Shown piece after piece: positions 1-10,500 of a DNA stretch of 64,000 bases (its first letter is position 1; every line of letters starts with the position of its first letter). The stretch is from an uncultured virus (IMG/VR IMGVR_UViG_3300038678_000044) (lineage: Duplodnaviria; Heunggongvirae; Uroviricota; Caudoviricetes). Made by a program: the position numbers and the translations under genes. The DNA is taken from the IMG/VR virus record IMGVR_UViG_3300038678_000044. One strand, written 5' to 3'. The notes beneath the pieces are model-generated. The model saw only the letters and a program-made list of their open reading frames with translations, made no database searches and was not told the origin of the DNA.

Positions 1-1
1 G

Positions 2-379
2 GTTCGTGACACGTTTTACGCTGGCTTTGTTCGCTCCGATACCGATTCAAGTGTGGCGACACCGCAGGCGAGAACCGTTTCCGAAGACAGGGTAAACGAC
101 ATCAAGGATGAAGCGGATGAGGGAGAGCTTCGCTTCACTTTCAGGGATGCACTGACGAGGGACGAGGACACGGCGCTTAATGATGCCCTGGCCGCTCACG
201 ATGCTACAGGAACCTCAGACGAGCAGGACCGGCAAGCCCAGGACGAGGCCGATCTCGATCAACTGATTACTGATTTGCCGAACGTCACGACCATGGATGA
301 TGCGACGTTCAAAGCTAACGTGGAGCGACTACAGAGAGTTGTAGTGCGCGAATTCAAGTCACCGTCTCCAGAGGTTTAA
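2..379 (+). CDS. Hypothetical virion/tail-region protein, 5'-truncated
   Basis: The frame is open from the window start (VRDTFYAGF...) through ORF 53-379. Its TAA overlaps the ATG of the next gene. Confidence 0.6.
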   Translation, partial: VRDTFYAGFVRSDTDSSVATPQARTVSEDRVNDIKDEADEGELRFTFRDALTRDEDTALNDALAAHDATGTSDEQDRQAQDEADLDQLITDLPNVTTMDDATFKANVERLQRVVVREFKSPSPEV

Positions 380-1893
380 TGGCCAATCTGCTTACAGATC
401 TCATCCTGACTACAGCCCACGTTTACACCGGGACGTTCGCTGACATCACTGGCATGTCGGACATCGTGAGCATCGAAGGTCCGGGATCCGTTGTGATCCT
501 GATGACATCGAATGTCCCAGCGGAGAATTTCGGTGGCGATCAACCGTGCATCGAGTATCGTTTCACTGTTGATGGTTCGCCGGTTGGTGGAGAACTGTGT
601 TCCCACATTGGCGCGTTTCCTTCGCTCAGCGGCATAGAATTGATGTTCGCAGTGGATGGGCTTTCGGCTGGCAATCATACGTTTGCGGTCCAGGGGCGCA
701 ATCGGAATCCAGGGATGACTGGCGAGGTTGATACGACCAAGAACAGGACGTTCCAGGTTCTGGAGCTAGATTTTGGCGCTTCAATACTGGTCGATTTGTC
801 AAGCAGTACATTGGATGCCGCGCCAGTAGCCTTTGCCGATGTCGCCAATTTGACTGTGAGCGCCACTCCGCAGGCAGGCTCCCTGCTTCTATTCTCTGCT
901 GGCCTCCCGCAATTTGATGATGATACTGGTGTGATGGGCGGCTATCAATTTGCGATCGATGGTGCGCTAGATGGGCCGGAACTCGGCAGCCACCATCGAA
1001 GGATAGATAGAGGAGACTCGCTCTCAATGTCTTGGGCGGAGATCGGCGTATCGGCTGCGTCACATACGTTCTCGCTTCAGTGGGAGATTCGTCGCAAGGC
1101 TCCTGAAACGGATGTCACACGAACCAGGTATCTCCAGGTCATTGAGATCGAGCAGTTTTTCCAACTTGAGATCGACAATGTTTCACTTACTGCGGATGCA
1201 GCGCCAGCCGCTTTTGCCGATATGGATGGCATGTCAGGCACAGCCACCATCGAAAGCACCGACAGCATTGCGTTAATCCTGGCGAACTATATCCAGGACG
1301 ACGCTGGTGCCCAAGACGATCGAGCCGACAGCAGGCTTACTGTTGGTGGCATCTTCGAGGGTGCGGAGCAGGCGAACCTCAAAAGAAACACCAATCGCGC
1401 TGGCAGCACGATGATGAACAGAGCCGCAGATAACGAATCAGGCTCGACCGCTTTCGCGTTGCAGTGGGAGCAAGGGCAGAATACTCCGAATACTGACACT
1501 GGCAGAAATCGCACCTTCCAGGTTATTGAGCTGTTACCCACTGGACAGATGGTGGCAAGTCCGGATCTCGCGATTACTGCCACAGCCGACCTGCGAGCGT
1601 TCGGAGCTTTGAGTGCGAGTCCAGCCATGATATTTGCCCTGGGTGCTGCGCTAGGCGCGACTGAACAGATTAGCGCGAGCCCGGCCATGACATTTGCTCT
1701 GGCTGCTGCGCTAGGTGCGACCGAACAGATTAGCGCGAGTCCTGACCTGGCGTTTGATGTGGCCGCAAACATCGGGGGCATAGGATCGATCAGCGCAGGC
1801 CCGGTGATGCAGTTCGCGCTTTCAGCGAAGCTGCGGAATGCGACTCCACAAACGGAGAATCTGAGTCGCCACATTGAGCGGTTTATCAATTAG
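379..1893 (+). CDS. Putative virion/tail accessory protein with three tandem beta-rich domains and C-terminal 20-aa repeats
   Basis: Three ~128-aa internal repeats end KNRTFQVLEL, RTRYLQVIEI and RNRTFQVIEL. The gene sits among tail genes. Confidence 0.6.
   Translation: MANLLTDLILTTAHVYTGTFADITGMSDIVSIEGPGSVVILMTSNVPAENFGGDQPCIEYRFTVDGSPVGGELCSHIGAFPSLSGIELMFAVDGLSAGNHTFAVQGRNRNPGMTGEVDTTKNRTFQVLELDFGASILVDLSSSTLDAAPVAFADVANLTVSATPQAGSLLLFSAGLPQFDDDTGVMGGYQFAIDGALDGPELGSHHRRIDRGDSLSMSWAEIGVSAASHTFSLQWEIRRKAPETDVTRTRYLQVIEIEQFFQLEIDNVSLTADAAPAAFADMDGMSGTATIESTDSIALILANYIQDDAGAQDDRADSRLTVGGIFEGAEQANLKRNTNRAGSTMMNRAADNESGSTAFALQWEQGQNTPNTDTGRNRTFQVIELLPTGQMVASPDLAITATADLRAFGALSASPAMIFALGAALGATEQISASPAMTFALAAALGATEQISASPDLAFDVAANIGGIGSISAGPVMQFALSAKLRNATPQTENLSRHIERFIN
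1561..1830 (+). repeat. 60-bp coding tandem repeat (ISASPAMxFALxAALGATEQ)
   Basis: 1621-1680 and 1681-1740 are near-identical, with degenerate flanking units. Confidence 0.85.
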
Positions 1894-1948
1894 ATCGGAG
1901 AAGTCTATAATGCTCGACCAAGCGGAGTAGGGGCTAACGGAGATTGCA

Positions 1949-2488
1949 ATGAAGAAAGTGAAGATCCGCAGGGCAACACCCTGGGATGTGATCAAGATCG
2001 CTCATTTACTGAAGCGAGCGGCAAAGGAGCAGGCGGAGGACATCTGGTATTCGCGTCTCAGCGTCAATGAGACCAAGCAGATCTTCCACATCCTGACTCT
2101 CATCGATAGAGGTTTTGTCGTTATCGCTGAGGTTCAGGATCAGAAACAGATCGTTGCAGCAATGGGAATGTCTGTTGCCAGGGATGACTGGAGCGACGAC
2201 TGGGTAATGCAGAACGACTGGACATACGTTCTGAAAACTTGGAGAGACACGGATGTTGCCGACCAGCTCATGACAGCGGTCGAGGTATTTGCGGATGAAA
2301 GCGGAAATCCGGCGACAGGGAAAGGGTTGCCAATCATTATCGGAATGATGACTGGCCGGGACACCGACTTGAAAGATAAGTTGATGGAACGGAGGGGCTA
2401 CCAATATGGTGGCGGCAACTTTGTGAGGGCACCTAACGATGTCCAAAAAGTCGAAAGAAACGAAGACGGAGATTCCTCCGTGGCTTAG
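1949..2488 (+). CDS. GNAT-fold acetyltransferase-like protein
   Basis: N-terminal IRRATPWD, motif-A-like WTYVLKTWRDTDVADQLM and C-terminal ERRGY. It lies directly before the ejection genes. Confidence 0.7.
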   Translation: MKKVKIRRATPWDVIKIAHLLKRAAKEQAEDIWYSRLSVNETKQIFHILTLIDRGFVVIAEVQDQKQIVAAMGMSVARDDWSDDWVMQNDWTYVLKTWRDTDVADQLMTAVEVFADESGNPATGKGLPIIIGMMTGRDTDLKDKLMERRGYQYGGGNFVRAPNDVQKVERNEDGDSSVA

Positions 2489-3299
2489 TCAGGGCAGTCA
2501 GAAAGCCGTAGGAATGGCGAGTAGCATTGCGGATCGCGAGTACACTCCATACGAGGGACAGCGATTCGCAGGGCTTGATCCGAATGAACAGAAAGCCATG
2601 GAGATGGCCAGTGGTCCTGAATCTGGGATCTGGCGCGAGGATCTAGCCCGTTCACGAGAGTTTGCCGAAACGGCAGGCCAATCATTCCTCGACGCCGACA
2701 TCCAGGCGTATATGAATCCGTACATCGAGAGCGCACTTGAGCCAGCGGCTCGTGAGCTTCGAGAGGAAGGACTACGCACCCAGCAACGACTGAAGGGTCA
2801 GGCTGGGATGGCGAGCGCCTTCGGCGGATCCAGGGCTGCGATCCTGCAAGCCGAGGCCAGCGGCAGGCACCTGGAAACCATCAACGATCTGTATGAACGT
2901 GGATACGCTTCAGCCTACGAGTCTGCGGCGAATATGTTCGATAAGGATCGTGTGGCGGCTCGTGCCGCTTCAGATCAGTTCAGGGCGATCGGCTCTGAAG
3001 GCCAGCAGATGCTCTCCAATGAGATGAACAATCTCCTGGTGACAGGTGGACTGCGACGACAACTGGAGCAGGTCGGCCTCGATTTCGATTACGGCCAGTT
3101 CATTGAAGCCAGGGACTGGGACGTGACCAACCTACAACCATTACTTCAAACACTCGCCACCGTGCCGCACGGAACGACCACTACCGAGACGACCAAAGGT
3201 GGTGCGTTCCAGGCTGTCCTGGGTGCTGCGGCTACAGTCGGCGCGGCTTACTTCAGTGGTGGTCTGAGTACGATGATTTCTAAAGGCAAGGAGGAATAG
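2439..3299 (+). CDS. Putative DNA ejection/pilot protein
   Basis: Ala/Gly/Gln-rich, with YMNPY and AFGGSR motifs and a C-terminal glycine-rich hydrophobic segment, as in podovirus ejection proteins. Confidence 0.65.
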   Translation: MSKKSKETKTEIPPWLSQGSQKAVGMASSIADREYTPYEGQRFAGLDPNEQKAMEMASGPESGIWREDLARSREFAETAGQSFLDADIQAYMNPYIESALEPAARELREEGLRTQQRLKGQAGMASAFGGSRAAILQAEASGRHLETINDLYERGYASAYESAANMFDKDRVAARAASDQFRAIGSEGQQMLSNEMNNLLVTGGLRRQLEQVGLDFDYGQFIEARDWDVTNLQPLLQTLATVPHGTTTTETTKGGAFQAVLGAAATVGAAYFSGGLSTMISKGKEE

Positions 3300-3301
3300 C
3301 C

Positions 3302-4588
3302 ATGGGTGAACTACTTCAATCATATTTGGCTGCCAATCTTCCTGCCTTGCAGGCGATCGTTGATGAGGATAAGCCGAAACCATCGATCCCGCCTGGCATT
3401 AAACAGCCGGGAGGTGCGACGACATTCCCGATGGGCCCACAACCTGGGCCGATGCAGGGCCAGCCTATTGACGCAGGCGGACAACCGATGGCTCCGATGG
3501 CTTCTATGCCAGGCCCTGGTGGGATCAATCCAGCGGCAGCAGCTACTCCGACCTTCGCTGGTGCGCCAACTCCAGGTCAGCCGCAACCAGCGATGCCTCC
3601 TGTGGCAGGTCAGCCCCAGGATGACAAGAGCGCCGAGTTTGAGGATGGCCCAGATAGCTTCGCCGCTATGGCTAAAGATGCGGACGACAAGGATGTCGAG
3701 AAAGCCGCTGATGCCATGGAACAATCTGGTGTCGATATTGATGCTGAGCATGCCAAGATCGTCGGAGACACCGGAGAAGGAAAGGGCAAGGGATTAAGCA
3801 GGAACGAGAAGGCGCTGATCTTAATGGAGTTCGGCCTGAATCTGATGGCCTCCTCCGGCACAGGTGAGGGCACGTTCGCCAGCGACATCGGCCAGGCTGG
3901 TGGCGCTGCACTCGCAGGTCATGTTGGTCGCAAGCAAGCGTTAAAACAGGCCGAGATCGATCGTATGGAACGCGAGCAAAAGTCGCGGCTCACCGAGGCA
4001 CAGATCAAGAAAGCCGAAACACCAACTGCAACGATCAAGACTGACAAGCAGGGCAACTACATAAACATCTCAGGAGGTGTGGCGACTCCAATCCTGACCG
4101 CAGGTGGTGAACCAGTTAGTGCGGCCAACGTGGAGAAGTTTAACTCCGAGGTCGATCGTCAGGCTTACGAAGAATTGGAGTGTGCAGATCTCTCAGGCTC
4201 TGCATTGAAGGCATGCAAGCGACGTGCGCTTGCATACGGAAAGGGAGGTGGTGCGAAGGTCGCATTTCCAGAGCTTGAGCGAGCTGATCAGACCGATAAT
4301 GTCATGAAGAATTTGGAGGATCCGGACAAGAGATCTGCCAAATATCATGTTCCAAGCATGGGTACAACGATGCGCTGGAAGGATATGACGCCTGCTCAGC
4401 AGGATGAAGTGGCTACGGGATACGTCGATCGTCGAATGAGGATCTGGGAGAACGCAGGTGAAACTGCTGGGGGCATTGAGGGATTGTCGCCAGAAGATAT
4501 TGCCAAAATGAAGCCGGGCAAGATCTACACATTGAGCGATGATCGGAAAGCGAAACTGGTGAATGGTGTCCCGACGATAATCGACTAA
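3302..4588 (+). CDS. Putative ejection (internal virion) protein
   Basis: Pro/Gln-rich N-terminus and a central hydrophobic FGLNLMA...GGAALAG segment. It lies between the pilot gene and the giant gene. Confidence 0.55.
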   Translation: MGELLQSYLAANLPALQAIVDEDKPKPSIPPGIKQPGGATTFPMGPQPGPMQGQPIDAGGQPMAPMASMPGPGGINPAAAATPTFAGAPTPGQPQPAMPPVAGQPQDDKSAEFEDGPDSFAAMAKDADDKDVEKAADAMEQSGVDIDAEHAKIVGDTGEGKGKGLSRNEKALILMEFGLNLMASSGTGEGTFASDIGQAGGAALAGHVGRKQALKQAEIDRMEREQKSRLTEAQIKKAETPTATIKTDKQGNYINISGGVATPILTAGGEPVSAANVEKFNSEVDRQAYEELECADLSGSALKACKRRALAYGKGGGAKVAFPELERADQTDNVMKNLEDPDKRSAKYHVPSMGTTMRWKDMTPAQQDEVATGYVDRRMRIWENAGETAGGIEGLSPEDIAKMKPGKIYTLSDDRKAKLVNGVPTIID

Positions 4589-7500
4589 TGGCGAAGCTAT
4601 CCATCATATCTGAGGAAGATGAGGAACAGGCTGAGCCTTTAGGTGCAAAGCTGTCGATCATCGAAGAAGCCGATGACATAGAGGCTCCGGCCCCTGTGCC
4701 GACAGGGCTGTCTATTGCCAAAGAAGAAGTAGATCCGCAATCCCCACTGACCACGATCGACGTTGGTTCACCAGAGGAACCAGGCTTCTTCACTCGTGCC
4801 CTGGATTCTTTCCAGGCATGGCGCGATGACTTCAGCACTGCGCCTGCGAACAAGTTCACTCGCGAGGAAGCTGAGGAGATCACCAAGCAGAACATCAAGA
4901 TGAATCGCGAGATGTTCAGCAACAAAGGTGGTGGCCAGTTCAGCTTCGGTGATGATAAGCCGGTGCCGCACTCTGCCCTGGTACGCGCCGGGCTGGAGGA
5001 GCCACCAGAGGATGAGGTCGAGCATGCCTTAATCGAACATATGGGAGGAACGAAGTCTCCTGATGGTCGGCTGAAGGCAGAGCGTGAGCAATGGGCCAAG
5101 TATCCGAAGGATCAGAATGGCTTTGTGATCGATCCAACCAGGCCGATCGTTCAAAATCCAGATGGCAGTTCGTCCAGTGAACTCAGCATAACGATTGAGG
5201 TAGGTGGTCGCTGGTTCAATATCCCATCTATGGTAAATGGCAAGCAGGTTTCCCAGGAGCAGGCGATCGAGAGTGCCCGTAGCTGGGCGAAGAAGGGCTG
5301 GATCCATCCGAATTTTGCTACCGTGGAAGAAGCGGAAGAAGCGGCTGGGGCCCGTTCAGATTACCTTTTGACAGCCAGGGATGAGTGGAAAAACCGCAAG
5401 CCGGATGAGCCGAAAGAACCAGAGGAAGAAAAAGAAGAAGATCCCTGGGGCGACGTGATATGGACCAACGTGAGCAATGTGCCGCATCAGTGGAGGGCAC
5501 AGTACGGTGGTGCAAAGATGTGGCTCAACGCGCCACGAGATCTGGCTTACATCCTGGAAGCAGCATCAGACCAGGGAGTTGCCCCGGAGAACAGCTTTGC
5601 CCTTGAGGTCGAGGCTTATGTCCGAGGCAAGGATCCCGCTGAATACTATGGCGAGCTGCTGAAGGAAGCCAAGGACAATGCAGACTTGCAAGAAGGGCTG
5701 CGGATCTACGAGGAAGAAAGCAAGTATCTCCAGGGCCACCAGCCGAACGTCAATGAAGACAGCATCAAGTATTACGCCGGAGCGATCGTCGGAGGTGCGC
5801 TCAATATGGCTCCGATGCTGGTTGCTTCTGCTGTTACCAGGAGCCCCACGGTCGGTGCTGCCATCATGGGAGGCCAGGTCTTCGCTGATCAGTATGCTTC
5901 GTCAATCAAGGCAGGACGATCGCATAGCCAGGCTGTCATGGATGGCACTGTCGTTGCCTCTGCCGAGATCCTGACAGAGCGCATACCGCTTGGAATCCTG
6001 ACCAAAGAAGGCGGCACTCTACTCAAGAGAATGCTGAAGGCTGGTGGTGCCGAGGCAATCCAGGAGCCGATTACGCAGGTCATCCAGGAGGCTTACCAGG
6101 TAGGAATCGTCGATGACGAGATGACCTTTGGCGAAGCTCTGTACGAGATTTTTAGCACCGAAGAAGGTCGAGCAATGATGAGGCGATCGGCCATCATCGG
6201 CTTTGGTGTCGGTGGTGTCCTGGCTGCTTCGGTGCATCCGTTCTACAAAGATATGGTCGATCAGGGAGAGGATCCGACTAAGCCTGGCTGGGTCGATTTG
6301 CCGGAGACCGGGCCTGGTGGAAAGCCCATCAAGAGACGGAAGAAGGGCATCACGCCATCAGAGACGAACGCGAAGATCACGACCGAGGAGGCCGAAGAAC
6401 TTGGCCTGGTTGAGGTTGATGTGAGCGTGGAACTGCTGGAGCGTGTCGCTGCTGGCGATCCACTGACGATCGATGAGCAGTACACCCTGACGAACAATGG
6501 CTATGGCAAATTCATCGGCGCAGATGAGCGAGTCATGCTGCTACCCAAGGGTCGCCAGGAACTGACGGAGCTGCGTGACAAGGCTGCTGGCGAAGAAATC
6601 ATCATGGAGGGTGATGAGGTCACGATCAGGAAAGCCGGTGAGGCGATCGATATTGCTGCACCAGTTGAACCTGGTGAGAAGCCCAGGCGAGCCCAGCGAG
6701 CCATGGAGGAGTTCGCGAAAATCCAGGACCAGTATCCCGCAGCTATGTCGAGGATCGATGCGAAGCTGAAGACGCAGGTTATCGACCAGTGGCAGCAGCT
6801 CAGCAGGGAGAAGATAGATCAGGTAATGGTGATCTTCGATGAGCTGGAGACGCTACCGGAAGGCGAGGACTCCACGAAGCAGCAGCAACGTCTCAAGTTC
6901 ATCCTGGAGGAAGCGCAGAAGGCAGCTCAGGAGCCGCCTGATGAGGAAGGCGATGTCGTCGATACCGAGGGCAGGAAGATCGTCGTGTGGCGTGGAGAGC
7001 ATGGTCTACGTGAGGACCAGGATGAGGAGTTCCAGTCCCTGGTTGGATCGCTGTCGTTCGGTAGCTTGAAGACAGCTCAGACCTATGCCTTGGAGCCAAA
7101 CGATCTCACCAGGCAAAGGATTGCTCAGGATCCTCGTGTCCGTGGCTACACGCTGAATATCAAGAATCCGATCGTCAATACGCCTGAAGATCCGTTCATA
7201 GATCTAGCCCAGGTGAGACGCAAACTTGGAAAGAAAGGGGTTACCCAGGTTCTGAAAGATCACAGCGAAGACATCATGAACACTGGGAAATGGCAGGACG
7301 AATTCGCTGATGAATATGACAGTCCTGCTCAGGTAGCTGAGAAAAGCCCTGAGCGGATGGATAGCCTTTATTTTGAGATTTTCCAGTTTCTGGATAATCC
7401 CAGGCTCGTCGAGATGGCAAGGAAGGCAGGTTTCGATGGCGCGATTCACATGGGCTATGGCGAGAACTTCGATGACATCGAATATCGAATCTTTAATCCT

Positions 7501-10500
7501 GAGCAAGCTACTCCGCTACCAAAGGTTCAGATCGTCATGGAGGAGGATGAGGTCTCCGATATGGAGGTCTTCAGGTCAGACGTTACCGAATCACGCAGTT
7601 CAATCAGGGCTCGTCTGGAGGCAGTACAGCGCCGTGTGAAGGAGCCCAAGAGCCCAGAGCAGGCTGAGGCTGGCAACTATCCGAAGGGACACATGCTGGT
7701 TGATTCGCTTCCGGTGACGATCGAGACCAGGAAGGGCGGCACCAGGACCGGCATCGATCGGAAGGGTAAGCCATGGTCGTTCAAGATGAAGGATCCCTAC
7801 GGCTACATCAAGGGCACCCAGAGCAGGGAGGCTGATGGTCGAGGTGGCTTTGATCAGATCGATGTCTTCATCGGCCCGTACCTGGATTCAGGCCATGCGG
7901 TGATCATCAACCAGAAGAAAGATCCGAAGAAGCCGATGTCCCTGGAGAACTTCGACGAGCATAAGATCATGCTGGGCTACCGGGATACCCTGGAAGCTGA
8001 GGCAGCCTACCGTCGCAATTACACGGACGGTGGCGCACAGATGGGCTCAGTGGTCGCGATGACGACCCAGGAGCTGCGTGAGTGGCTGGAGACTGCCAAC
8101 ACGAAGACGCCTGCCGTTATATCGGAGGTGGTGTTCGTACCTGGTAGAGGCGACGTGGACTTCCGTCCTTTCCAACCGGCCATTGACGCAGCTCTCGCTT
8201 ACACGGCAGCAAACGACATCGAGTACGAGCCAGCGAAGGAGCGAGCCCAGCTCGATACTGTCAGGGCTGCGAAGATCGCGAGAGAGTTCGATGTCATGGA
8301 GCATGCCCCGGAAGATCCAGAGGTCCAGGCGGCTTACCAGGCGATGATCGACGAGACCCTGGCTCAGTATGAATACATCCTGGAGAGCGGCCTGGAGGTC
8401 GAGTTCATTGTCGGCAAGGATCCATACACCAGCCCCAGGGATGCGATCCTGGACATCCAAGAGAACAATCACCTGTGGGTCTATCCCACACGAGAAGGCT
8501 TTGGATCCAGGGCTGAGTTCGAGGCTATCAATAATCCGCTGCTGAATGAGACTAAATACAAGATTTCCGGCAAGGTGGCCCTGGCGAACGACATATTCCG
8601 TGCGGTCCATGATTACTTCGGGCACCTGGCGAATGGCTTTGGCTTCCGTGCCAGGGGCGAGGAGAATGCCTGGCAGCACCATGCGGCCATGTATTCCCCG
8701 CTGGCCAGGCGAGCCATGACCGTGGAGACCAGGGGCCAGAATAGCTGGGTCAATTACGGACCTCATGGTGAGACCAACCGCACAGCGTCGGCGGCTGACA
8801 CCGTGTATGCTGATCAGAAGATCGGGCTCATGCCAGTCTGGGTATCCGAGGAGGGTAGATTAAGTGCCAAACGCCAAATTATTGAGAGCCGCCCAACAGA
8901 GGATGGAGAGCTTGTTGCCCCACCAGTCTCGACAGAAGGGCGCATCACGCTCACGCACTTCAGCAGCCGACCCAACATCGAGCGGATCGATCCCAGCTTC
9001 TACGGGCAAGGCATCCGGGGAGCGGAAGGGCAAAGGGCGCAAGCCAGGCCGGAAACCTGGATCGACCGCACCTACTACGGGGTCGCACCGGGCATTCCAG
9101 GTGGGTATCGGAAGGAATCGGGACTAGGTTCTGAGACCTATACGACGAGCGTCGATGCTCGTCTCATGTATGACCTCCAGGCTGATCCAGAAAGCCTGGC
9201 AGAAACTCCAGATCTTAATGAAACCGAACGGGCAATCCGTGATGCCGGTTACTCTGGCTATTGGCTGAAGCATCCAAGCCTGGGCCTGGTTGCGGCTTCT
9301 TTCGATCCACTCGAAGTCGAAGCAAAGAAGGGGCCATCAGCCAGGGCCAGGTTGAAGACCAATGGCAGGACCAGGCGCTTCACGGTTGAAGAAGTCCAGG
9401 GATTCCTGAGACCAGTCTATTCGATATTCCGCACAGTCCGACCAGTCCATGTCGTCGAGGCCATCGAAGATCTGCCACCGCACCTCCAGGCAGCCATGGA
9501 GGATGAACACTCGAAGCGCAACACCACTGGCATGTATGACCAGGGCGCTTTCAACGATGACATCTACATCATAGCCAACAACATCACCTCCATGGAGGAG
9601 GCGATCGAGACGTTGCTGCATGAAGTGGTTGGTCACTTCGGGCTCAGGCAGGTCATTCCGCCATGGCGATTCGACGAGTTCATGGACATGATCGCGAAGT
9701 CGTTCCCCAAGCAAGTCAGGGAGATAGCCAGGGAATACAGTCTGGATTGGAATGACACCGCTGAGCGCCGGATTGCTGCGGAGGAGTTCATCGCTCATAC
9801 CGCGCAACGCATCCTGGCTGGTCAAACAGTCTCGCAGAAAGCAAAGGAGATCCTGACCAAGATACTCGATGTTCTTGCCAATGTGGTTCGCTGGGCGACT
9901 GGTAAGGATCAGATGTTCACCAGCGGGCAGCTCATGTCGATCATCGCTCAGTCGAGCGACTTCGTGCAGAAACCAGGTGGATACCAGAGATCGAAGCAAC
10001 GAGGCCGACTGCGACACGTCAGCGCACCGTACTTCTTCTCAGCGGTATGGAAGGTATTCAACGAGACCGAAACCAAGTCCACTTCAGCAGAAGGCTGGAA
10101 GCAATTCATCACGTCCCAGATCAAGAAGGGCAAGATGAAACAGTCTGAGCTGGACTGGATGGGCCTGGAAACTTTCCTGGAGGATGCAACCTGGGGAGGT
10201 CTGTACGCACTCACAGGAGGCAAGTGGGCAACAGGGAAAAGAGATTTCGAGGATGTAGAAGCCATATTCCCCAAACCAATGTTCGAGATCTACAAAGAGC
10301 AGCGCGAGCTTGGTGCGGAAATCCAGTCGATCAAAGAAAAAGCTGACCGACTTCGGAAGGAGGCTTTTTACCTGGAGTTCCCGGAGACCGCAGAATTGGT
10401 GGCGAAGTGGAACAATGAAGCCATAGCGTTCAGGGACAAATGGAATGAAGAACATCCGGCAGAGCAGTCCCTTCCTGTCAATGAGCAGCGTGATCTTGCT

